Positions 12,082 to 23,442 of a stretch of 64,000 nucleotides of DNA are shown piece after piece (position 1 is the stretch's first letter; every line of letters begins with the position of its first letter). A model generated the notes under the pieces. It saw nothing but the letters and a program-made list of their open reading frames with translations, was not told the DNA's origin and made no database searches. The DNA is taken from NCBI RefSeq assembly GCF_000181795.1, contig NW_003526943.1, forward strand, positions 11,956,007-12,020,006, written 5' to 3'. This stretch comes from Trichinella spiralis. Lineage: Eukaryota. The position numbers were made by a program, and so were the translations under genes.

Positions 12082-12906
12082 TGTTCCGAACGGAACGGCA
12101 CCGACCTCGTCGGTGTGACCTACCCATGGGCTGGTGCCCAAAGGTCGCGGGTAGAGCAAGCACAATGCCCGCGCCCCGCCGGCCGGATCGCTATCTGAGG
12201 CTTCTGGCGGCACCGGCTTCGGGTCAGAGAGGCCCCCTGCGGCGACCCAGGTTGACCGTTGCTCGTTAGACAATGGCTACTTACGCTATAACGTCGGCAG
12301 CGGGCCGATAAAGTACCTGGAGAAGCAGTCATCAGGATGGGAACGCCAAATGGCTGTCGCAAGATCAAAGGATCCGAATCGTGACAGTTTAATAGGAAGC
12401 CGACGGTGATTTAGATCGGCGCCAGAGATAGCGAGCGTCCCCCGCGGTGAGAGAGCTGCTTATTGGCGGTTCGACCGAGCCACCCGCCTGGGCCGCTGAC
12501 CCTGAGCTCTATAATAGGGCCATGAAGCGCGCCGCGAAGAGCCAGAGCAGTATGTGCGAGTAGTATGCACAGGAAATATAGAGAAAACCTATACGGAAGA
12601 ATGATCGAGAGAGGGACTCGTACGTATGGTAGTTCAGACGTTCGTATTACCTTTGGGGACGAACGGTTGTAGTGCTCATAGACGTACATGTCGAGCGTGC
12701 AGTCGTAGCGAATCGGAACCGGAAGATGCCAACCGAAGAGGATTGCCGTCAAAACGAGTTTAAGACCCTGCTCGCAACCTACGCCAGATAAGGTTACACC
12801 GTATCCACCCCATTTTATACAGTCCGTTTCCATTTGCCTGACGAGCGAACGTCTGGCAAATTTGTACTTGAGCATCGTATTGCTTGCTGTAACGTTGGCC
12901 GTTACA
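12082..12906. mobile_element. Solo LTR (GC-rich)
   Basis: TGTTCCG...CGTTACA termini; flanking 5-bp duplication ATTGT / ATTGC; sharp GC step against flanks; TATA-like CTATAATAG at ~12510. Confidence 0.7.
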
Positions 12907-13430
12907 ATTGCGTTTGGTGATAGAATTAATTATTAATTAAACGGTGCAGCAGCGTTGCAGTACAAGCTCTTCCAATTGATGTGAGATGTATTTAAAATTG
13001 GAAACGCCACTGGCAGGCTCTCATCTGAACTATCAAGAAGCTTTGTTAATGCACATTGCAGAAGCTCAATTTTCAACAATTGATGCCGCAATGGTGTGCG
13101 AAAATCATTGTTCAAAGTTACGAGATTCTTTTGGTGATGTCAGCTTTGGCACGTGGTTATGATGGTTAGATGTTTTCATTTTAATTTGTCCCAGTAATCA
13201 TGATGCCGATTACACGGTTTTCGCTCGCAAACTGTAAAATTGGAAATGTTGATGAAGTTTGTTTGCGCAAATTGAAAAAATCAGAAATTTTTCTGGAAGT
13301 TGGTTCTGTTGATGTTGATCGTATAAATCATTTTTATGATTTCGCATGTGAAGACGTCATTCAAATTTTACCATCCTGTCACTGGTTTCTGTTTCAATGA
13401 CAGACATTTCATCTGGATGCCGTTTTATGT

Positions 13431-14320
13431 ATGCAGTACAGCGGAAGAACAGACGTGTTTGGACAACAACGTTCTTGGACTGTTGTCAAATGTGGAATAG
13501 TTTGCAACGCAACCGAATGTGTTTTCTCCTGGTTGAAGTCGCACTGCACAAAACACTCTCTACACCTCACATTGCATTGTAGCATCTGCAGGAAGCCGTT
13601 TCTCTCCATTAACTCAGTCACCTCCCACAATCCGCACTCCATGAAAGCCTCTGGACGTTTCCAAAGACCATCAGAATGCTCCGAATCCTCTACAGTTTGG
13701 TATATGGTAGTTCTGCAGTATGACTGGGTAAGCAGCCCCCTACTGACCGCGCCCCCTTCTTTCTGAAGCGCGCCCCGATAAACAATACTGTATATACTGT
13801 GAGGTGAGCGAACACCTCAAACTGATGAACCTTGGCTCTGCATCGGGCTCCGATGGAGTCAAGGTGTCCCGCCTCCGTGAAATTGGCCCCACTGTCTCTC
13901 TAAGGTCATTAAGACTTTTCTGCTGGAGAGACACATCCCCCAGATCCTACAGGATTGTCGGACCACCGTCATTCCGAAAGTAGACAATCCCCGGTCCGAT
14001 GCTGAAGACTTCCGGTCTATCACGATTGGCTTGTGTATGTACCGGCTCTTCAGCAAGATTGTAACAAACCCGCTCAGCGAATTAACACCCCTCAACCGCT
14101 GTCAAAAGGCCTTCTAGTCAGGCACGGATGGCGCTTTTGACAACGTCAGTAACGTGGCTTCGCTCCTCAAACTGGCTCGCAGAACAGGTAAGGAAATTAA
14201 TTTTGCATGCATAGACTTAGCCAATGGCTTTGACAGAATTAATCACACCTCAATCACACGTGCTCTCTGCAGAAATGGGGTGGACTTCGGCTCAGTAGAG
14301 CATGTCGAATTAGTGGTAGG
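13431..14320 (+). mobile_element. Degraded R2-type retrotransposon (zinc-finger piece fused to RT domains 0-3)
   Basis: TECVFSWLKSHCTKHSLHLTLHCSICRKPFLSINSVTSH is paralogous to 15205-15330. It is followed by GSDGVKV, QDCRTTVIPK, FRSITIGLCMYRLFSKI, QKAF*SGTDG and IDLANGFDRINH. Confidence 0.88.
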
Positions 14321-14324
14321 CAGT

Positions 14325-14946
14325 CCCTCAGCAATGTAAGCTGCCCGATTGATGTCTACGACAGCGATTAAGCCAGTGCCCTGAAGTAGATGCAGCGCCT
14401 TTCACATATAAACATCCCGCCAACTCTAAAAATATACTGAACCCCATCTTTCTCGAGGAGGTTACGCTGCACCTCCAAAAAATGAAGGTGAAAACGTCAG
14501 CAGGCCCTGACGGAATACAGGTGTCGCACCTTCGTACGTGCGACCCGGTGTGCCTAACGAAGGCCTCTAACCTTTTTCTACTCACTAGGTGCATCCCCCA
14601 ACAGCTCAAGGATTGTCGCACCACTCTCATTCCTAAAACCGACAGTCCCCACCCTGATGCTGAAGACTATAGGCCTATAACTGTTGCTTCCTGCTTGTAC
14701 CGGCTCTTCAGCAAAATTGCAATGAGGCGGCTAGAAAATTCTTTTTCCCTCCATCCACGTCAAAAGGCCTTACCGTCGGGCACTAATGGTGCTTTCGACA
14801 ACACAGCTAAAATAATGACCATTATTAGAGAAGCGCACCTTTCCACTTTCTCTGCTTCCTCACAGAAGTCCACAAAATATCAGTGGACAGCTGACCACAT
14901 GAGAGATGTGCAAGAAGTTGAGGAAGAGCCAGCCGCTAGGAAGAGC
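14325..14946 (+). mobile_element. R2-type RT fragment joined to a Myb-region fragment
   Basis: SAGPDGI...QQLKDCRTTLIPK...YRPITVASCLYRLFSKI...PRQKA is a close paralogue of 16850-17240. From ~14835 it switches to STFSASSQKSTKYQWTADH, paralogous to 16060-16165. Confidence 0.9.
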
Positions 14947-17332
14947 TAACTATGACTCTCTTCTGGCGTGCGGCGGCCTAATTTCGATCGCTCTCTCGCT
15001 GAAAGAAATCGCTGCGTAAGTCAGTATCTTTTCATAGTTTTTCGGTCTCTTAGGGTCTTCTAAATGGGAAAGTAGTCTCGTCCTGCACAGGAAAAGTCTT
15101 CTACTGCTGCAGGGTCTGACGGGCAAGCCCGATCAGACAGGGGAAGGCGGAACCACGCCGAAGTTCTCTATCCGGGACCGTTCAAATGCACTATATGCAC
15201 GTTTACCGAGTGTGTTTACTCACGGTTTAGTAATCACTGCATGAAACACGGCTTGCACTTAGAGTTACACTGTAGTATTTGCACCAAAATGTTCCCCAGC
15301 ATCTACTCTGTCGCCTGCCACTATTCACGATGCGCCAAAACCCTTAGGAACCCCGAAAATCCTGAAATTCCATCCGGGTCCCATTTAAATGACCTACATT
15401 CAAATGACCTAGTGGAGAACAAAGAGATTAGCGAGAACAAAGAAAACAATGGAAAGGTCAAAAGGTCAAGTGTTAATGTAAACAACTTGGAGGGGTCATT
15501 ATCTAACAATGAAGCCCCAGAGAACAATAGGATGGTAACTAGGTCAACCATCAAAACGGCAACAAAAGTTGTAGACAGTCAGTCGGCGCCTCCTTTGTTA
15601 GATAGACCCCCTGTTGAGAGCCCAGAGTTCAAGCTTGTTTGCGCAACAATAGATAATAGGCGCCAGAAGTCAACAGCCGCGTCGGCGCCTTTGAACATTG
15701 GCGGCATTTGCCAGCCATTGTCCGAAGCGCCAGACGATAATGCAGCTGTTGTTTCTAACAGTTGCGCAGTTTCAGAGATCAAAGAAATGCCGCCGGCGCG
15801 GATAAACATGCGTTTAAGATCTAGGAAAGCATGTGGAAACATCCCAGAGCCGCCGCGCCTTCCCAGAACATCACAGACGGCATCTGAAAGCCATGACGGG
15901 TCTCAACCTTGCCCAGGGTCTAGCGCAGCAATCACCAGCTCTCCACGCGCTTCTAATAACCACCCCGCAAGCACTAACACACAAGCCACGCATGTCTGCC
16001 CCGTCTGCTCACGCGTCTTTAACTCTTTCCCCGGGTTGCGTCTGCATGAGAAAAGAGCGCACCCCGCCACCTTCGCCGCGTCTTCCCAGAAGTCCGTAAA
16101 ACATCTATGGACTATCGACCACCTGCGCGAAGTGAAGGAAGTTGAGGAGATGCTGGCCGCTAATAATAGTCGGTCAGTAAAGGCCTTAGCCGAAGCGCTG
16201 TCTCGCAAGTGGTCCGAGGACATATCCACGGATATGGCCAAATACCTGCGGAAGAAGCTGCGGGCGGTGGACCTAAATTCAGCACAGCCTACTAACACAG
16301 CACCCATTGACGGTGTAAACAATACCAGGGAGGGCCCCGAGAACTCAACTGAGGAGGGTGAGAGCCTAAACAATGGCTCACAGGTCGTAGGCACGGAATT
16401 CATGGGACCAGAGCGCTTTCCGGAGTGTGACTCTTTTCAGACGCACTCGGCGAACGCGGATCTGAGCAAACCATGCCCAGAACATCCCGATGGCTTGCTA
16501 AGCGAGCAGGGATTGGATCGGGACCAAGGGGGTGTACTCCGTAAGCACCTGGAGGATGGCTTGGCCTCCTGCAATAGTGAGTTGGAAGGACTTTTAAATT
16601 TTATTGTTAATAAAGTATTAAATAGCGGGATTGAGGACCGTAACAAGCATGTTGACGCTGCTATCAGCGTACTCATCGAGTTCCTGTGCGACCCTAAAAG
16701 TCATCAACCCCCACCTCCCCAGAAGAAGCGTACTAAGGAAGAACCGAAGAACCGAAGACAGAAGATCCGAAGCAAGTACGCGCTAATGCAAACGCTCTTC
16801 AAGCGTGACCCAAAACGAGTTGCGGCCCACCTTATTAAGAATCAGCCCCTCTGTAATGTAAGTTGCCCCATCGATGCCGCAGAGTCCGCTCTGCGACAAA
16901 GATTGAGTCAACGTCCCGGCGTAGACGCAGCGCCCTTTACTTCCAAATGTCCCCAGAACTCTAAGAATATCCTGGACCCAATTTTCCCGGAGGAGGTTAC
17001 GCTGCACCTCCAAAAAATGAAGATTCACACGTCAGCGGGCCCTGACGGAATAAAGGTGTCGCATCTTCGCTCGTGCGACCCAGTGTGTCTAGCGAAGGCC
17101 TTTAACCTCTTTCTTCTCGCTAGACACATCCCCCAGCAACTCAAGGATTGTCGGACGACCCTCATTCCCAAAACCGACGATCCCCGCCCCGACGCTGAAG
17201 ATTACCGGCCGATAACAGTCGCTTCCTGTCTCTACCGGCTCTCTCTAAGGAGATCCAATTTCCCCCTTCCTGTTCAATTCGGTCATGGACGAGTTGATAG
17301 AGCGCCTTGAACAAAGCGGAGTGGGTTTCAAA
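14947..17332 (+). mobile_element. R2 retrotransposon 5' half (28S junction, 5' UTR, three zinc fingers, Myb, RT start), internally deleted and cut by piggyBac
   Basis: Begins with 28S target sequence TAACTATGACTCTCTT. Frame is open from 15076: CCHH (CTIC-12-HCMKH), CCHC (CSIC..HYSRC), CCHH (CPVC..HEKRAH), Myb-like WTIDH...YLRKK, GPDGI, YRPITV. It then jumps at ~17245 to GDPISPFLFNSVMDELI and ends at TTAA 17333-17336. Confidence 0.93.
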
Positions 17333-17336
17333 TTAA

Positions 17337-18215
17337 CCTTTTAACGCTCAACTTTGCTTAGAGCAACGTTTTTTTCTGCGCATAAAATAATTAGTTTTGC
17401 GATTCTGCCATTATTAACCCTCCTGTTATCCTCCGGGTCAGGCTGACCCGTTTTGATTTTCAACGTAAAAATTAGCAACTTCTTTGCCTCATACGATCTT
17501 CTGGAGAAACTTTCGGGTAAAATGACACAAGCAACTGGAACAATGAGAAATTCGAGGACAAGAAAGATACCGATAATGCTGGTTGACGAGGTGAAAAGGA
17601 AGCACTGAGGCTTTTTTGATCACGTATGCAACGGCACCGTCTATGTTTGTAGATGGAACGACAACGTCGTTGTCACTCTGGCTTCTAATCACTTAACACA
17701 TCACCCGACCGGCTCAGTGCAGCGATACTCACAGTCGCAAAAGAAGCACGTGAAAATCAGAATGCCGGAGATTGTGCGAAGATACAACACATCAATGGGT
17801 GGTGTAGATATTTTGGACAAGCTTCTGTCCAGTTACAGGCCTCGTTTGAGATCAAAAAAGTGGTGGTGGAATTTATTCTCAAATGCACTGAACCTTGCTG
17901 TTGTCGCAGCTTGGCGATTACACAGGGAATTGCACCAAGAGAGTTCCATTGCCCTGTCACATCTGGATTTCACAAGAGATATCACAACACATCTTCTCCG
18001 AGCAAAATCTCAGCTAACCATTCGGACTGGACGAAGAGCATATCCACCAGAAACCTTGAGAATAACGCAAGGACATTATCTTGAGCCGATTTCCCAGGGA
18101 CGATGTCGTGTTTGTAAGAAAAATTGCCGGGTACATTGTGTCGAGTGCAGAGAAAGATTGCATAGGAAGTGCTTTCCATTGTGTATCATATTACACATTG
18201 CTCTACGGTGCTGAT
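17337..18215 (+). mobile_element. piggyBac left ends (two, nested) and C-terminal transposase fragment A
   Basis: TTAA|CCTTTTAACG at 17333 and TTAA|CCCTCCTGTTATCCTCCGGGTCAGGCTGACCCG at 17414. Peptides CRWNDNVVVTLASN, YNTSMGGVDILD, SKKWWW and the Cys-rich tail CRVC..CVEC..LH..CF. Confidence 0.88.
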
Positions 18216-18481
18216 AAATTACACAGATACATGCGTATTTCTGGTGAACAGCCACATCTAATGAACAATCACTCAACAACTGCACCAGCAGTCGGCTCTA
18301 TGGAATGTTCAATACAACAGGTAAAAGCACTGACAGTTGCAAAACAGTGACAACTGAGCTGCAAATGACGCACGCTGAACCAAGTATAAATAAAGGAGCG
18401 TAAAGCAGATCTCACTCAATAGACAGAAAACTGTTCTAAGTGCTCTGTTGATCTTCTCCTTGTGAATAAACTACATTTCAC

Positions 18482-19258
18482 ATGGACTTTGATACCGTCT
18501 TTCGAGAAACGAGATCTGGGCGAAATGTTAGACAGATTATAGTTCTACCAGATCATGATGTATCTGAACCAGATACAGTTTCAGAAGATGAATTAGATCG
18601 TACATTTAAACAATCCCACAGTTCAAGTGATGATGAAGTGATTGAAGAAGACGATGCTTCCGCCAATGCGAGAAGAAAATCATACATCTGGCGTCGACGA
18701 CCGTTCAACCCTAAAACAGAAGCTTTCATTGGTAAATAATCACTGCTATTATCTTGCATTGGTGTTATTCATTGGTGCATACCGTAAAACTTTTCAGAAT
18801 CAGATGAGGAAATACCTAGAAATACCATGTATGGACACTGTAGCGAATTGCATGAGTCACAATAGATTCGAAACCCTATTGCGATTTCTCCACTTCAGTG
18901 ACAATGACAAGGTTGTCATGGACCGAAGCCATCCAGATTACGACAGATTCTACAAAATCCGGTCTCTTATAGAAAGCATCTGCAAGACCTGCTTAGAAGA
19001 AACACCGGGAGAACTACGAAGTGTTGACGAACACATAATTTTATACAAGGGCCGGTGCAAAATGAAGTATTACAACCCCAGAAAGCCAGATAAATGGGGC
19101 TTGAAGGTGATTGCAGTATGCGGGAGAAATAGATTCGTCCATGACTTTTGGCTGTGTGATGGAATGGCGCCAAAAGTAGAAAACCCTGTTGACTTCTTCG
19201 CGGCTGTCGTTGTAATGAAAGTTTGTGAAACGTTGCCGAAGCACAAGGGGTACACAGC
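18482..19258 (+). mobile_element. piggyBac transposase fragment B (acidic N-terminus to first catalytic region), decayed
   Basis: Acidic N-terminus, MSHNRFETLLRFLHFSDN, SVDEHIILYKGR, NPRKPDKWGLK. Confidence 0.88.
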
Positions 19259-19912
19259 CGAGGTTGCTCAAAGTCAAGCTACGCATGGAATATGCAAATC
19301 TACACTGGCAAGCCGTCAAGTGGAACTCGCGAGAAGAACCAAGGGATGCGAGTGGTTCTCGACATGGTAAAGGGCCTAAAAGGTCATAATGTCACATGTG
19401 ACAACTTTTTTGCTTCGTATTCACTGGGCGTAGAACTGAGAAAAAAGAATTTGACTTTGGTTGGTACGGTAAAAAAAAACAAGCCAGAGCTACCATGGGA
19501 ACTGCTACACTTACAAGGCAGAGAATTGAACTCTACAAGATTCGCCTTTTCTGAAGATTTCACCATCGTATCATACGTCCTAAAAAAGAACAAAAATTTT
19601 TTGGTTCTAAGTACCATGCACAATGATACCCGGGTTAGCGACGGAAAGGGCAGCATGCCTGACATTATCCTACACTATAATAACACTAAAGGTGGTGTGC
19701 ATAACTTAGACAAAATGACATCAACGTATTTTTGCCAAAGAATGACTGCTCGATGGCCATTAATCGTATTTTACACCATCATAGACGTATCAGCATACAA
19801 CGCCTACGTTCTTTGGACAGAAAAACATCCAACATGGAATGCAGGACGGCTGCATAAGCGTCGATTATTCCTTGAGGAACTCGGCAAAGCTCTAGTGCAA
19901 CCAGAAATGATT
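19259..19912 (+). mobile_element. piggyBac transposase fragment C (PGBD4-like central/C-terminal part)
   Basis: YAWNMQIYTGK, NVTCDNFF, LVGTVKKNKPELP, LSTMH, YNNTKGGV.NLD, RWPL, SAYNAY. Confidence 0.9.
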
Positions 19913-21548
19913 GTAACAAGCCGGCTCAGCTTCAACAGATTGCTTCTCTGACACCGTTAGAAGTATGGTCCAAAGTGTTTGCAGATGAAATGATATACCA
20001 CATCACATTTCAATCAAATTTATATGCCCACCGAGAATGCAAGAACAGGGCATTCACAGTGTCACCGCAAGAGATACGGCAGTTCATTGGAGTGATACTG
20101 CTGTCAGGTTACAACTGTCAACCAGAAGCAAAGCACGACTGGTCTACGCAGCCAGACATTGGTGCACAGGGTGCCATCAGTTGTATGAGCCACAATCGTT
20201 TTATGAAAATAAAGAAGTATCTCCACCTGGCGGACAATCAGACGCTGGTTAAAGGTGACAAGATGAGCAAAGTAACACCTCTGTACAAATTGCTCAACTC
20301 CAGCCTTGTCAAGCATGGTATGTTCCATGAGAAACTCAGCGTTGATGAATCAATAGTACCATACTTTGGTCGCCATGCGACAAAAATGATTTTGAAAGGC
20401 AAACCAATTCGGTTTGGTTACAAACTATGGATGCTATGTGGCAACGATGGCTACCCACATCATATGATTATTTATCAAGGTAAGGAAATGCACGCATCGA
20501 AAGTGCCATTGAGCATCAGAGTTATCAGTAATAGGGTCGACATTATTCAAGAAAACTCCAATACCACAAGGCATACGTTGTATTTTGACAACTTTTTCAA
20601 CAGTTATGACCTGCTGGTAAACTTATCCGGATTGAAAATGAGAGCTATTGGAACGATCCGGCCATACCACAGCAATGGTGCTGACGCAGTGATGCTGCCG
20701 GACAAAGAACTAATGAAACAAAAGCGAGGTGCTTTTGACTTTTGAAGTGATGGAAACGTTTATATGGCAAAATGGCATGATAGTGCCATCGTCGAGAATC
20801 GCCAGCAACTTCCTGACAAACAGGCCGTTGCGCAATACGCAACGACGAGTGAAAGGCCAACGAATTGAAGTACAAATGCCGAACATTGTAAGATCGTATA
20901 ACACTGGTGTGGGAGGGGTTGATTATCTTGATAGACTAGCTGCTGCGTATCGTCCAACAATAAGAAGCAAAAAATGCTATTGGCCTTTGTTTATCAATGC
21001 GGTGAACATTGTTACAGTGGTTGCTTGGCGGATTCACTGCTTCGTAGAAGAAAGACCACTCAGCCACCTGAAGTTCCGTCGACAAGTGGTCCTGAGCTTG
21101 CTGCAGTCAGAACGAACAGCGACACCAAGAGTGGTATCAGATTTCATGTCACAATTGCCTGACATCCGTTTCGATGGTGTAAACCATATTCTTGGTACAG
21201 GACCACAGGGGCGTTGCAAAAAATGCAACGTTCGACTACACGCGGAGCGAGGAAAGCAATGCTTTGAAAGTTACCATCGTCAGAAATAAAATCAACCATA
21301 AATCGAAGTGTTGCTATCTATTTTTACCAACATATCCGTTCTCTGATCAATAAAAGCAGTGTTTCTACGTGTCGAGCATTTTTGTCGAGAACAGCCCAAT
21401 GTTCACTAAATGGAACATGCCATAATTCCATAAGGAGTAGTGCCAGACATGTCTAGCTCTAATATATTCTTAATTAGAACCTGTGTGTGTCACCAAGATT
21501 TACAGCTCTTGCACATGTACCAAAAAAGTTTGGGTACATAAAGGTTAA
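19913..21548 (+). mobile_element. piggyBac fragment D (PGBD2/3-like) with right end
   Basis: LSVDESIVPYFGRH, KPIRFGYKLW, YFDNFF, stop 20743, frameshift, YNTGVGGVDYLD, CKKCNVRLH..CF. Right terminus GGGTACATAAAGG|TTAA at 21532-21548. Confidence 0.92.
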
Positions 21549-21630
21549 TCCCCGTCAAAAGGCCTTCCGGTCAGGCACGGATGGTACTTCTGACAGCACC
21601 ATCACCACGATGACTGCCATAACTGAGGCG
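21545..21630 (+). mobile_element. Short R2-type RT fragment
   Basis: NPRQKAFRSGTDGTSDSTITTMTAITEA, paralogous to 14094-14150 and 14755-14835. Confidence 0.8.
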
Positions 21631-22805
21631 TGATAAATTGTATACAACGCAGTGAGCAGGAACCGCTGCATGGAATTGTAGAAATACATCCACTTGCGGA
21701 CAACCTGAAGCTCACCAAATGCGACAAAATGAGTAAGGTAACGCCACTCTATAACATGCTAAATAGATGCTTAGCTCAGTTTGGCGTATTCCGTACTTTA
21801 CTCAGTGTGGATGAAGAAGCTATGGTGCCATACTTTGGTCGCCATAGTGCGAAGACGTTCATCCATGGAAAGCCTTTTCGCTTTGGTTATAAGTTCTGGA
21901 TGCTCTGCGGAAATGACAGCTACCCCTACCATATGAGCATATATCAAGGAAAGAATGAACAGGCTCCCAAGGAACCCCTGGGCACTAGGGTGGTAATGAA
22001 AATGGTTGATTTTATATCTGCTAATTCAGCAGTTCAGGCTCACCAGTTTTATTTTGATAATTTTTTCACGAGCTATGATCTGCTAGTGAAACTGACTGAT
22101 AGTGACATGCGGGCGAATGGAACAGTCGGACAAAATCGTGTAGCTGGAGCTACAGCATCGATGTTGTCAGATACTGTCCTTATCAAAAAGACCAGAGGGT
22201 CATTTGATTACAGGAGCGATGGCAAGTTCTACGTTGCCAAGTGGCACGACAACTCCTTGCCAACAGTAGCCAGCAGTTGGCAAACTCATAACCCAGTGCA
22301 CAAAAGCAAACGGCGAATCGAAGGCCAAAGAAGAGACATATGTCAGCCAAACCTAATTCGATCATACAACACTGGCATGGGAGGTGTTGATCTTCTAGAT
22401 CGGTTTTTATTAGCATGTTGGCCTTCCATTCGAGGAAAAAATGGTATTGGTCACTTTTTATGAACGTTCTAAACGTAGCCGCAGTGGCAGCGTGGCGAAT
22501 CCACTGCAAAGCCAAGCGAAAGTCTCTTAGGCATCTAGAATTTCGACGGCAAGTAGTACTGTGCCTCCTGCAAGGTGACAGATAAGAGGAAGGAAGACGA
22601 TCCCGACGGCCTGCAGGACAACTGTGACACCTACCAGACATACGTTACGATGGCATTAACCATACATTGGGCACTGCTACTCAAGGCAGATGCAGAATGT
22701 GCCGAAGAAACACGAAGAACATTTGTCAGAAATGCAATATTCGTTTGCATGCTGAAAGGAGTGAACAGTGCTTTGAAATATATATCATCGACGATGATTT
22801 ATTGA
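21631..22805 (+). mobile_element. piggyBac fragment E (PGBD2/3-like), 5'-truncated and frameshifted
   Basis: LSVDEEAMVPYFGRH, KPFRFGYKFW, FYFDNFF, YNTGMGGVDLLD, and a C-terminal GRCRMC..CQKCNIRLH in a shifted frame. Confidence 0.92.
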
Positions 22806-23405
22806 TTGTTAGACGAAAGTTCATATTCAAATAAACGTGTGAAAATATCAGAGTTTTAATGGGTGAAAAATACTTGCTAAAAAGGCAACAATTCGCAAAA
22901 CAAGAATTTCGACTATGTAAACGGCAAATGGCTAATGTTCCTTAATTATAGTTAGAACATTTTATAAGTTTTCCATAACTGATATCACAAAATTGTGTAT
23001 TAAACAATAAACTATTATCTTTGTAGTAACGAATTGAATAAATAAATAATAAACGAACTGCGTGTTAGTTTTTGTATTTTTCATATCGACACAAATATGT
23101 TCTCTATTGTTTATCATTTAATAAAATTCTTAAAATAAATATTTTTTATTTTTAGAACAAAAGATTAAGTTGAAAATTAATTTATTAAAGTGTAAATAAA
23201 TAATACTGCACAGCTGCATAGCCAAATGAACTTTATTTGCTTATTTACTATTGTTTTATTTGTAGAAGACATTTCAGAAAAATAATTAAAATTTATAATT
23301 ACTTGAACGGTATAATAAACATATAATTACGAGTACTGTGCAATTGAAAAGTTTGTTTTACCATCTTGTATCACAGCATCACAAGCAAAAAACAAAACAT
23401 ATCCA

Positions 23406-23442
<37 letters not shown>

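Noticed and set aside
12411..12875. 154-aa minus-strand ORF and neighbouring ORFs
   Set aside because: They lie inside a GC-rich solo LTR and show no recognisable motif.
14947..14962. rRNA gene
   Set aside because: Only a 16-nt 28S remnant at an R2 junction, not an rDNA unit.
14985..15040. Weak resemblance to U2 snRNA (Utopia target)
   Set aside because: Short gapped matches only; the exact 28S 16-mer and the zinc finger/Myb layout point to R2.
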